A DNA stretch of 63,558 nucleotides, counting the filler, from Octopus bimaculoides (lineage: Eukaryota): NCBI RefSeq assembly GCF_001194135.2. It is 6 parts of 6 records of this genome, joined end to end, with 100 filler letters (N's around TTAATTAATTAA, not from the genome) between each part and the next. Parts side by side here need not be neighbours in the genome. Positions count along the whole stretch, not along the records: positions 5,807 to 27,464 come from NC_068999.1; positions 27,565 to 53,559 come from NC_068988.1; 4 more parts are not named here. One strand, written 5' to 3'. Made by a program: the position numbers and the translations under genes. This document shows, piece by piece, positions 24,850-36,038 of this stretch (the stretch's first letter is position 1; each line of letters begins with the position of its first letter). The notes beneath the pieces are model-generated. The model was not told where the DNA came from and did not search any database. It was given only the letters and a program-made list of their open reading frames with translations.

Positions 24850-25991
24850 TTGACATCCCTACGAAATATTGGTCCATGGATCAAGCGTAGACCTAGGCAG
24901 GGCGAGTAGCAGTTAGAGTGTCGACAGACACTCAAGCTGCTCTCCAGGGTGGGCAATACCGGCAGCAGGAGTTCCACAACGGATATCTATAGCGGGCAGG
25001 TAGAGTTTATGTCAGACGATGTCCTAGGGAGAATCTGGTCATCGAGGGAAGTCAGCTGACCAACCCGTTTAGGAGAACCTTTGGACCGGGGTATCTGGAT
25101 AATTACCAGAAATCCCTGGCCTGGTTGTGCTATCATTCAGCTTTATCTGTTCGAGAGAGGTTATCGAGGCACGGTCGTACCGTCCCACCGACATTCCCGT
25201 GGGTGGGCAGGGCAGTGAAACTGTCCTGCACGCCTTCGTACAGTGTACGGAATTAAAGGGACTGATAACCTTTGTTGAACAACTGTTGTCGACAATGGGA
25301 AGAGTACAGCTATCAGCTGAGTCTATCATAAAGATTGTGCCACCTCCATCCATTAACAGGGAGAGTCGGGCCTGTTTTTTCTGCATAGTAGCCATACTGA
25401 AAGAGACAGTATGGAAGACGCGTGCAAGAGGGATCGTGACATGTACCTTCATCACCGGCCAAGGGTTGGTTAGCTTTTTTAGCTACCACCTGAAGTGCAA
25501 AATCAGACTGTAGAAGAGATACCTGTCGCACAGTATATACACAAAAAGATGGAAGTCTGTAGAAATACTTAGCGGTATTTCGTCTGCCACTACGTTCTGA
25601 GTTCAAATTCCGCCGAGGTCGACTTTGCCTTTCATCCTTTCGGGGTCGATTAAATAAGTACCAGTTACGCACTGGGGTCGATATAATCGACTTAATCCGT
25701 TTGTCTGTCCTTGTTTGTCCCCTCTGTGTGTAGCCCCTTGTGGGCAGTAAAGAAATAAGAAAGGATGCTGTGCGTGACTGGAACCAGCGGAAAACAAAAG
25801 GTATTATGTCGGGTATTGGTAGTCGACTGGATGTCTTGACATCACATAAAAACTTTTTAATCATGTTTAAATTTTTTAAATTCATACAATTGTAAACCAT
25901 CCGACATGATCCCCCGCACACACCTTTTTATGTATTGTCTGTCCTTGTTTGTCTCCTCTTTGTTAAGCCCATGTGGCGAAATAAAAGAAAC
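24850..25991 (+). mobile_element. L1/Tx1-clade LINE 3' fragment (zinc-knuckle region and 3' UTR), interrupted by a SINE
   Basis: GQGSETVLHAFVQC...EACFF-like region homologous to 60600-61263. The reading frame is restored when the SINE and one AGAAA are removed. Confidence 0.85.
25566..25757 (+). mobile_element. 5'-truncated SINE family B with AGAAA target-site duplication
   Basis: AGAAA at 25561-25565 and 25758-25762. Near-identical to 39500-39697 and to the reverse complement of 46980-47170. Confidence 0.92.
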
Positions 25992-25999
25992 ACAGTCAG

Positions 26000-26720
26000 C
26001 GAGGTACACTGTATGGGCCAGTCACGCAGACAACAAAGTTACGTTGTCATAATGCGGGACATATCATTCTGCTTTACTCCTGGTTATGTATACCTGCTTC
26101 CTAGCTTCCCTTCTAGCTGCCTGATATAACTTCTTGATACCATTACCCTTCCAATTCTTCCAAGCCTGTTTCTTTGCTCTAATGGCTCTGTCAATTACCC
26201 TGTCCACATCACCCAAGGTATGGCTGGGACTTTGTACCAGTCACAAATTTGGTCTGCAACACTCAGCGAATTGTCCCGTATGAACTTCCATTTATCCTCT
26301 ATGCTGCAAGTCTGTAACTCCTCCACCTTTTCATCATATGCTTCATTTAGAACTTCTCTAAATCTGACTAATCAAAGGATCCTTAAACTTCCATGCCAAA
26401 TTGGCTTGCTTCTTGGAATCTTACCCGCCCGTAGCTTGAAGTCCTCAATGAGTTACCTATGTTGTAGGGTACATTCTTTTCCAGGAAAGCCTTTGCATTT
26501 ATGAGCAGCCATGAGTCCTGCTTTCTGGTGATAATGTAGTCAATCTGGCTAGCATGGTCACGAGATTTATTGGTTATAAAATGACTGGCTGGCTTTCTGA
26601 AGTTAGTGTTGCAGATCATTAGATCATTTGTGTCACAGAACTCCAGCAGCCTCGTACCCAACTTATTTCGGGAACCAATTCCGTGCCCTCCAAGCACCCC
26701 ATGGAAGATACCTGGCAACA
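26000..26720 (-). mobile_element. RTE-type LINE fragment (APE C-terminus and linker)
   Basis: GGHGIGSRNKLGTRLLEFCDTNDLMICNTNFRKP...SQIDYII. Confidence 0.9.
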
Positions 26721-27009
26721 TTGAGAATGACCGCATTGTGGGATAAATATGCTTTATTTGTGGGTTAATAAAGCAACTAATGGAAGAGATATTCACAATT
26801 GTTCAAGTGTGCCACATGGAAGCATTGATACTCTTCTCCATTTTGGATGATAATACACAAGATTGAATGGGATTTTGAAATAAATACACAGATAACAGGA
26901 ATATCTTAATTGTTATCTCCTTTGCATTAGTTCAGGATTTTTGCAAAGAATTGCATTCACCATAGATCAGTTTTTTAATTATCTTATGAAAGAACACTTG
27001 TGCACACCC

Positions 27010-27070
<61 letters not shown>

Positions 27071-27418
27071 AAAATTTAGGACAAACAGTAAATTGTCATT
27101 ATAGTACTCGGAATTTCGAATGTCGGAGCGAAGAACTACGATGCATTCTATTTATGGCAATATACGCTATGAAAAACCGTTGAATAAAAGGGATATAACT
27201 TCTTGTTACCTTCTTGCTACATACATATAATAGGTAGAAGAAAAAAAGAAAAAAGAAAAGATAAAAAAAATACACGCCATAGCGTCTGCATATGTACACG
27301 CTCACCCAAACATGTATAAGTACATGCACATACACACACAAACATATATGTGTATGTTGGAACTCATACAAACACACATATATCCACACGCACACAAGTA
27401 TATATATGATAAATTTAC

Positions 27419-27464
<46 letters not shown>

Positions 27465-27564
27465 NNNNNNNNNNNNNNNNNNNNNNNNNNNNNNNNNNNN
27501 NNNNNNNNTTAATTAATTAANNNNNNNNNNNNNNNNNNNNNNNNNNNNNNNNNNNNNNNNNNNN
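27465..27564. other. Artificial scaffold-joining spacer
   Basis: 44 N + TTAATTAATTAA + 44 N. Confidence 0.97.
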
Positions 27565-28105
27565 CTCTGGATCGCACCTTCCTCATCCACGTAGTCCCAA
27601 TTGTCCTCCTAAAATCGTGACTCCATCGTCGTGAAAACCTTCCGAGTGGTCGTTTCCGCTCGCGTGGGTACCACTCGACAACTGCGCAGGTCCACCGATT
27701 ATCGGTTAGCCGGGCGACGTGTCCAGCCCATCTAAACTAGCTGCGTGTATATTCTACGATGACATCCCTCACGCCGGACTTCTGTCTGATGACCTCGCTA
27801 CTAATGTGCTCTCTCAACGAGATTCCAAACATTGACCTCTCCATGGCTCTTTGAGCCGTTACCAATCTCTGCTCTTCTCTCTTTGTTGTAGCCCATGTTT
27901 TACTACCATATAACATTTCAGGTAGAACTGTGCTATTTATGAGGTTGATGCGGGTGGTCCTGTCCAACCTTCCCTCGAGCACATCCTCTATGCCATTAAA
28001 CGCCTTCCATCCGGCCCTTATTCTCCGCGAGATCTTCTTTTCGATGTCTCGGCACATATTCACTTCCTGTCCCAGGTAGATATATTCCTTTACCTCCTCT
28101 ATTTC
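27565..28105 (-). mobile_element. RTE-1-like LINE, RT C-terminal region
   Basis: VKEYIYLGQEV...ISRRIRAGWKAF...VLPEMLYGSKTWA...RWAGHVARL.DNRW. Confidence 0.93.
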
Positions 28106-28106
28106 A

Positions 28107-28147
<41 letters not shown>

Positions 28148-29143
28148 CATACACACATATATATATATTATCTTTCACTTGTTTCAGACATTAGACTGCA
28201 GCTATACTGGCGCACCGCCTTGACAGGTTTAGTCAAAGAAATCTATTCATGTACTTATATTGTATGTATGTATGTATGTATGTATTTGTATGTGTATGTG
28301 TGTGTGTATGTGTATAAGTCGGAGTTTCCCTTCTTTTATGTATGCACAAACATACATACACAACCAATACACACACACACACACACGCACACACAGTGTA
28401 TGTGTATGCTTGTGTATACATAAGAAAAAGAAAACTCCAACTTTAAAATCTCCGCTACCTTGTGGCTACATCCAGTTCTGGAGAAGGCTCTGGAAGTTAA
28501 CGTAGAGAAGAAACCTGGACGCGGGGTCCCTAATGCGGTCAATGAAGCAGGACTTCATCAATCTTCTGGCCTGCAGCCAGAGCTGCTACCATTTGTAACG
28601 ATTCTTCGTGCCAGTGGTCCCTGACCTCTGAGGCTGAGAGAGTGGAACCGCCCTTGTGTCAAGGCTTTCTCCATTATAATATTTTCACGCACAGGCTTTT
28701 GTGTTATGCTACACAGTTGTCTTTCTCAGATTCGAGAAACTACCAAGAAGATATATTAAACAATGTATAAACATAGCGAACCATGTACAAGACATCTGCT
28801 GGATCGGGACTGATAACCATAATAGTTAGTCATAACACGAAAGGACTTAGTATTTGATAATTATTTTGCTATTTTGCAGCTCTGATTTCAATTCGATTTC
28901 CCCTTTAAAATGCTTGCAGAAGACAGTAGGATACTGTTTCGTAATGTTCTGACCCTGAGTCATAGGCCATAACTCTTAATTCCCATTCAAAATTGGTTGA
29001 ATCCATCATAGATTTAATCACAACTTCCATATGCTGCCATGCTTACAACAACAATTGAAACCGTGTTAAAATCATGGTTCTTTCGTTCGTTTACTGCTTT
29101 CAGTTACTTGACTATGGCCGTGTAAAGGCATCACCTTTTAGAA

Positions 29144-29684
29144 TAGTGGTTCTGAAACTTTTCAAAAGATTTTACGTGCCGGTCCCCATTACAGATTTTT
29201 TCGAGGATTCGTGGTCCCCTATGAAATGCTGGATAATCAACATGGAAAAAAAATTACATACATTCATGTACCGTAATTTCCGGACTATGAAACGCACTGC
29301 ACACAGACACGCAAACCCGAAAACCACAACTTAATCCAAGCAATGCCTCATTGAGATACAATAAATATACATGAAAATATGAAGAATCAGTTGATCAATT
29401 TGTTACAAAACAAATGAGAAACGAAAAATACCGACAGCACACGATCAACCGTTATAGCCGCATATTTTCTATCGGCTAGTCACATTTGTACAACAAGCGT
29501 GGTTAGCAAATGAGTATGTAGGAGTGGCGTGATTTTTGAAGCCAATGACAAAATGGATGATAGCGTGCGAAAAATTGAAAATTTTAACATTTTTTAATTG
29601 TCTTAAGCCACTCTGTTTTCACGATACTTCAGCCTCCCTTCGCGGTACCCTAGGGAACTGCGGGTCCCAGTTTGAGAATCACTG
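29144..29684. mobile_element. Non-autonomous hAT/Charlie-type element (MITE) with 16-bp TIRs and 8-bp TSD
   Basis: TAGTGGTTCTGAAACT ... AGTTTGAGAATCACTG, with flanks TTTTAGAA and TTCTAGAA. Confidence 0.85.
29271..29330 (+). mobile_element. Tc2/pogo-like left terminus nested in the MITE
   Basis: TA|CCGTAATTTCCGGACTATGAAACGCAC resembles Tc2/pogo TIRs. The right TIR was not found. Confidence 0.5.
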
Positions 29685-30218
29685 TTCTAGAACGATGTTT
29701 CTCATATGAGAGGTGTAGGATAGTCTAGCCTGTAGCGTAGCTAGTCCGAACCGATGTTGGTGGTGCGCCCCAGTGGAGCTTTTATGGGAGCGGCATTTCT
29801 GGGTCTGCTGTATAAGCCCGTATAGGAGTCGAGAGGAACTGTTGAGATACAGATTCAAGAGATACCCCGGGCAGCACGCACCCTAGCAATGCCACTGGCG
29901 CAGCCCCTCCTTGGAGGGTGACTGTAAAGGTTGAAGAGAGGAAGACGAATTATGTATAACAAAATTAAAGAAGTTTCCAACTTTTTCAATTTATCCAATA
30001 TCACGGCGAAGAATTATATGGACACAAAATCCTTTTTATGATCTCATTAATAAAATTTTACAGGAGTTCCCCCAAATTGTTTTAGTTTGAAGACTACAGT
30101 TCTAGGATATGGTAGATCACACCAGTACCTTTTTTATCGACTTTGGTATGAGCAAAGTAAACCTGAGATAGGCAGGTTCAATTGACCAATCAATCCGTCT
30201 ATCTTTCTCTATATATAT

Positions 30219-30249
<31 letters not shown>

Positions 30250-30254
<5 letters not shown>

Positions 30255-30415
30255 ATAGAGATATCGCCATGATAGATCGCTAGCCACTAAACCTTTTTCT
30301 ATTTTCTCTCCCTGTTTATTTCTGTTTTCCTTTCTGTCGAAGAGCGTAGGCTCGAAACGTAAAAGACTTTCTCACTTCCCGAGCGTTAAACTAATATATC
30401 TGTTTGTTGTTTACA
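30250..30415 (+). mobile_element. Penelope-type terminal repeat fragment carrying a hammerhead-like motif
   Basis: Homologous to 57440-57575. The Penelope assignment is inferred from the hammerhead-like motif. Confidence 0.6.
30330..30365 (+). ncRNA. Variant minimal type I hammerhead ribozyme candidate
   Basis: CTTT-CTGTCGA-A-GAGC(GTAG)GCTC-GAAAC GT A-AAAG: helix I, variant core, 4-bp helix II, palindromic ACGT helix III and a GUA cleavage triplet. Confidence 0.55.
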
Positions 30416-30584
30416 CACATATATATATATATCATTATATCAGTATCGATTAGCCTGGTGGGTGTTGTTACGTAAGTACGGCTGGTCACAATGCGCTTTT
30501 TCGCATTGTTGTTGCTTTCGAATGATGCGACCCCGCAGGTTAGGCGAACAGGCCAACATTCCCCCTAAAAGTTGCAGGATTACC

Positions 30585-30720
30585 TTTTTACAACTGAGTG
30601 GACTGGAGCAACGTGAAGCGAAGACTTTCACTCAAGAACACAACTCACCACCGGTCTGGGACTTGAAACAGCGATCTTGCGGTTGTGAGTGCGACGTCTT
30701 AACCACTAGGCCACGCGCCT
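30585..30720 (-). mobile_element. SINE family C, 5' part
   Basis: Reverse complement of the family C head. Confidence 0.75.
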
Positions 30721-30781
30721 TCACACACACACACACACACACACGCACACACACACACACACGCACACGCACACACGCACA

Positions 30782-30818
<37 letters not shown>

Positions 30819-31019
30819 GTAGGATTTGAAACCAGAACGTACAGGGATATAACAAAATAGTAGTACAGTACAGCTATCCGTCACTTGCGAGCGAGTATAC
30901 CTTAGTAAGATGTACCATGCTTTCGCTAATTATTTAAAATGCCTATCATCCAACGACACTTCTCGAACTTCAGCAAACATCATAAAGTTTGTCCAATGCT
31001 GTACTGGCTCTGCCATTGT

Positions 31020-31398
31020 CTTTTACCTGCTTCAGTCATTGAACTGTGGCCATGCTGGAGCACCGCATTGGCAGGTTTTAGTCGAACAAATCGATTCAAG
31101 AACGATTTTTTTTTAAAGTGCGGTACTTATTCTTTGGTCTCTTTTGCCGAACTGCAACATCAGGAGGCGTAAACAAACCAACACTGGTTACCAAGCGGTG
31201 GAGCGGGGGTACATAGACTCCCCCCACACACCCGACGGGCCTCTGCACAGTTTCTCTCCAACGTAGTCACTCAGAAGGGCATTGGTCGGCCCGGTTGCTA
31301 TAATAGAAGACACTTGCCCATGGTGCTGCGCAGTGGAACTGAACACGAAACCACGTGGTTGGAAAGCAAGCTTTTTGACCACACAGTTCAGCCCGCAT
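31020..31398 (-). mobile_element. SINE family A, near full length
   Basis: Homology to 15747-16173. Confidence 0.85.
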
Positions 31399-32361
31399 CA
31401 GGTATATACATCCATTACTAGGCAGATCTCTTGCATGATAATCAATTTAGTCATATCCTCTTTTGTAACATAAAAGTATTGAGCATGCCTAAAAAAGCAC
31501 CTATGTAGAAAATTAATAGTCATTCGATTTTTTTTTTGTTTTCTTCTTTTTTGTTTTACTTGTTATAGTATTTGAAGTTAATATTTATTTGAATAAATTA
31601 CTGAACTGTTAATGTATGTTTTAAATGTTTGTTGAACTGTTTGTTAATGTTTGTTCTATTGATCTATTAATATTTGAGGTGAAAGATTGTTCAAACGAAA
31701 GCAACGTCTCCAAACTTGGCCTCTTATTACAATTTAGGCATCTACTAAGGAATAACTACATTAAACAGTTTCTAAATTTTTACATCTGATCCAAACAATT
31801 TCGCCCTCCACCCAAAATATAAATAAATAAATGTTTAACTAAATAAATAAATGTAAATTACTTGCTTCTGAACAAAAGCTAATCATTGTTTCTTCCTGAC
31901 TCATAAATAAACAACTGAAAGCAGGAAGATAAAAACAGCAAAAACAAAAATATCATCGGAGCAAACCGAGTTTTCATTTATTTTATTTGTCTATTTATTT
32001 CTGTTTTCTTTGTTATGTTTCCCAATTGTTAGCATATAACCTTGGATGATGAGAAGGGGAAAAAAAAAGAAAGTCATCACACTCGATAATATATGCACGA
32101 CTCACGTCATAACATGCATAAAACGCATTAGCGGCGTTCCATAGATTGAAAGAGAAATTATTACCTCACCGTGCCTTCGTACTTCCTACCAGAACCAACT
32201 CTACGCTACCTCCTTCTCTATTCCTCCCTCCCTCCCTCTTTCATCTAGCTTTCCCTCAAGCTGATCACGTGACAAGCACATTTCAGTTTTTATTTATTTT
32301 TTGGGCTCCTGCTGCTGCTGCTGCTGTTGTTGTTGTTTGCTTGGCTTTTTTTTTCTTGCAG

Positions 32362-32392
32362 ACTTTCTCTTGGGAACTATCCAGCGCTTCAG
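32362..32392 (+). other. Candidate 31-nt micro-exon
   Basis: T-rich tract plus TTGCAG acceptor, and CAG|GTGAGT donor. Frame unknown. Confidence 0.45.
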
Positions 32393-33179
32393 GTGAGTGA
32401 GTCAATGGCCCTAGCCAACAATTCTATCTACCACTACCGAAAAATACACTTCAGCTAACTTCGGTTTTTCTCATTACTCTAGAGCTGTTTGTTTCCAACT
32501 TCCAAAGCCATTGTTAATTTCAAGCGAAATCTGTTGTTTTGACCTAATGACCGTCATTTCTGCTCTGTGTTCTGCTTGTCTTCTGTCTATTTATCTAATT
32601 TATTCCCTGAATCCTCCGATATTCTCTCTTTCCTTCTCTGCGTGTTTTCCTTTTCTTTTAACACACATCTTTTCATTTATAAATCCCGACCAGACTGTTA
32701 GTAAATTTTTCTTTTATATGTTGTAATTTATTTAACCAGTTAATGGCTAACTATCGTGTTTCTCTTTTATATAAAAGTCACTGTTGTTTATTTACACACG
32801 ATACTTAATATATGCAACTGCAGATAATGATTTATCTTGCTGTAATGTTTATGTATTCTCGTTGTCGGGAATTTTTCATGTATTTATGTTTTAATTTCAT
32901 GTTGACCCCCCCCCCAAAAAAAAGTCAATTAATTAATTAATAAAACTGCTTCAGAATCCAGCTGGACTTTATATATTATATTAACAGCCCATGTATAATT
33001 TGCAGCAGTAATTCTAATGTGATTGTTCGCTATGGAAGGGAGGTTTGATTTGAAATATTATCCTCAACCATACCGTTTGTTACTCCAACAGAAAGATATT
33101 TACTTAAAACTATTCTACAAAGCTTATTTACATTACATGAGGAGGTCCTTTTTATGTTTTATCTCCGACTAACATAAAG

Positions 33180-33246
33180 CTCTTCGGTTGCCGGGGACTG
33201 GGACGGTGCACGTGTTTGGGATGTAGCCGGCAACCATCTCAATTGG
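33180..33246 (+). other. Candidate 67-nt GC-rich exon (SSVAGDWDGARVWDVAGNHLNW)
   Basis: GC-rich island with AAAG acceptor and TGG|GTCAGT donor. Phase-compatible with 32362-32392. Confidence 0.3.
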
Positions 33247-34433
33247 GTCAGTTTTAGCTCTCTGCGTTTTCNNNNNNNNNNNNNNNNNNNNNNNNNNNNN
33301 NNNNNNNNNNNNNNNNNNNNNNNNNNNNNNNNNNNNNNNNNNNNNNNNNNNNNNNNNNNNNNNNNNNNNNNATATATATATATACACGCACACACATGTA
33401 TATATAAATTGTTCTATCCTTAATTTAGCTTTCCCGTCCAACAGCTGATTTAATTTATAAAACATTCCCTTTATGTGTTGGTATTTAAATCACGTCTTTC
33501 CTTTTCCCTACTGACTATGTGTCTTCTAATTAGTTTTATCATCAGTATTTTGTTGTTGTCATTTCTCTAATATTTGTTTTCTTGTTTTTTTATCACTGTC
33601 ACCTTCAAATTTTGTCGAAGAGGAAGAAAGAAATACATATATTTATTTTTAATAATGAAAATAAAATAGAAACTTTCCCCAGTCGATTCGTAAATTATAT
33701 TTAAAGTGAAAAATCTCTGCAGCTCGTAAACTTTTTATGTTTCTTAAAATGTTTCCTCTTGCCAAAAGAGACAAAGTGACGAAGCAAGATGTTAAGAAAT
33801 GGCTACCGGGTTTGTGTCATTATTTTTAAAGTTTTCTCATTTCTAAATAGCACTGGCAGTAGTAATAGTGTTGGGGGATAGTGATTAGCCAGGGACGTTA
33901 TTTTCGATATGTGACTTTAAACAATGAACAATGCAAATAAACGACAACAAAACAGTACCGAGGGACCTGAGATTCCTGAAACAGTTAACATCTGTCTGAA
34001 GCGTCACGTCTTTGGAGATAAAAAGCTACGAGGGTTAGGTTGGCAGTTTATTTATATATATATATGGAGAGAGAGAGAAGGGTAAGATGAACAACAGCAA
34101 TATTGTCTTTCTCTCGAACTTCTTGTCAACAATGCTGGTTTCACTATGATGGGTGAGTGAGGAATTTCTACGTTGAAATATCTTGAAAACGTTAGCAGAA
34201 GCGGAGCAAGGGCTTTCTAAGGGTGTCTAAAGAAAGAGAGGTAGAAAAAAAAAAATTGTCTGCGAGCTGTCGTCGAAGTTAAGAGAACGGTTGTCAGTGT
34301 TGTGTTGTTAGTCAGTTGAAGGTCGCCTTCACTGACATAGCGTAAGAGGAACGTTGTCCTCGGTACTTTGAGGGCGGTGACGGCGGCGATAGCGTGCAGC
34401 TGACAGGTGAAACAGCTTGTGTATATGTATACA

Positions 34434-34500
<67 letters not shown>

Positions 34501-35732
34501 CTGAAAGAATATCCTACGATACATGCGTATTTTGTTCATACATTTTCTTACGTACTGAAAAGAAAAGGAAAAATTTCTTTAAGTATTATTGCAAGTAGAT
34601 ATTATGTTGGAATTGGCATCATGACAGTCCTGTCACGTTTTGCTAGTAGTTAGGGTAGTTCTAGTATAAGTAGTAATTAATTTGTTTTTCTTATTCGTTT
34701 TTTCTTTCTTTTTTTTTCTTTTTTTTTACTATGTAAATATAGATATCAACCAACCTAAACAATTTTGTTGTTAGTGTTAATGTCGTTCTTTATAGAATTA
34801 AGCTGGGAACATTAATACACCCTTAGAAAAAACTCTGTTCCCCCACCCTTGTCATTTCCGATCAGATCTACCTCACACATCACCCAATATGTTATATCAA
34901 AACTTGTGTTTTATAATATTTATACTCTAGGTTGAATCGTCTGGAATCTTTGACGTTCAGTTAATTTACGTCGATGAAAGAAATTTAAATCATTTAGTCA
35001 CTCGGATGTTTTCTTTATTCTAAATATCAGCCTGTCTATCTCTTTCTCTCTCTCTCTCCCGTAAAATCCAAGAATAGGTATCTTTCGGTTTTTACTAAAT
35101 CGCCTTTGTTATTATAACCCGGCTGACTCAGTTCCATTGTTGCCGTTTACATAGAGGTCAACATCCTGATCTTAGTCTTTCTCTCTCTCCAGCCAACCTT
35201 GCTATAACAAACACATCTACAGACTGGAAAAACAGCTTCTTTCCTCTTTCTCTCTCTCTCTTTCATGCTTTCTACGTTACGTTGTTCTAACGTAAAGGGA
35301 AATTCTTTCCAACTGTTCGTTTTTAGATAGCATCTCAAAGATGAATAATGCTTCTGGACATTGGCGGGAGGAGGAATAGATAAAAAGCTCAACATCTTGA
35401 AATGAAAATAAGGAAGTTCCACACACACACACTCACTCATAAACGGCGCGCGTGTGCCAAATGATGTAACGTAAGAGCTCTTCCTTAAATATACAGACCC
35501 CTCTTCCCACAGTCTACCCTAAAAACTCTTGTGCTACATACAATTTGACAGTTGACTGTTTTGGGTTTCGTTCTAACCAATTTTAGATATGCGAATGCGG
35601 AGCGGCGCTGGTGTGTGTTCGACCGAGTGTTCGCCAATATTTTAGGAAAAGCTTTTCATATTCATAAGGTGCAAATTTCTTATCCCACAGGCGATATTAC
35701 AACTTTTCCGTCTCCCTTATTAGATGAGTGAC

Positions 35733-35782
<50 letters not shown>

Positions 35783-35998
35783 AACAAATAGTAAATGAGT
35801 ATATGCATATATACGTACAGGTTTGTGCATACCGACGTCCACCTGTATGTATAGGTGCATATCTGGGTACGGGACATTGCAAACAAAACGTAGACGAGAA
35901 AACACACAAGCCACATAGAGAACATTCTTCTTCATCAGCTACCCCCGTTTTAACACCGGCGTTTCGACGTATATATGCATATACTCATTTATTATTTG

Positions 35999-36038
<40 letters not shown>

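Noticed and set aside
32146-32400. 84-aa ORF with a signal-peptide-like hydrophobic stretch
   Set aside because: It starts at TTG with an upstream in-frame stop and no ATG. The hydrophobicity comes from GCT/GTT repeats and the polypyrimidine tract.
33186-33233. Possible miR-92-like precursor
   Set aside because: Only a 9-bp outer stem pairs; the 32-nt interior does not form a miRNA-type hairpin.
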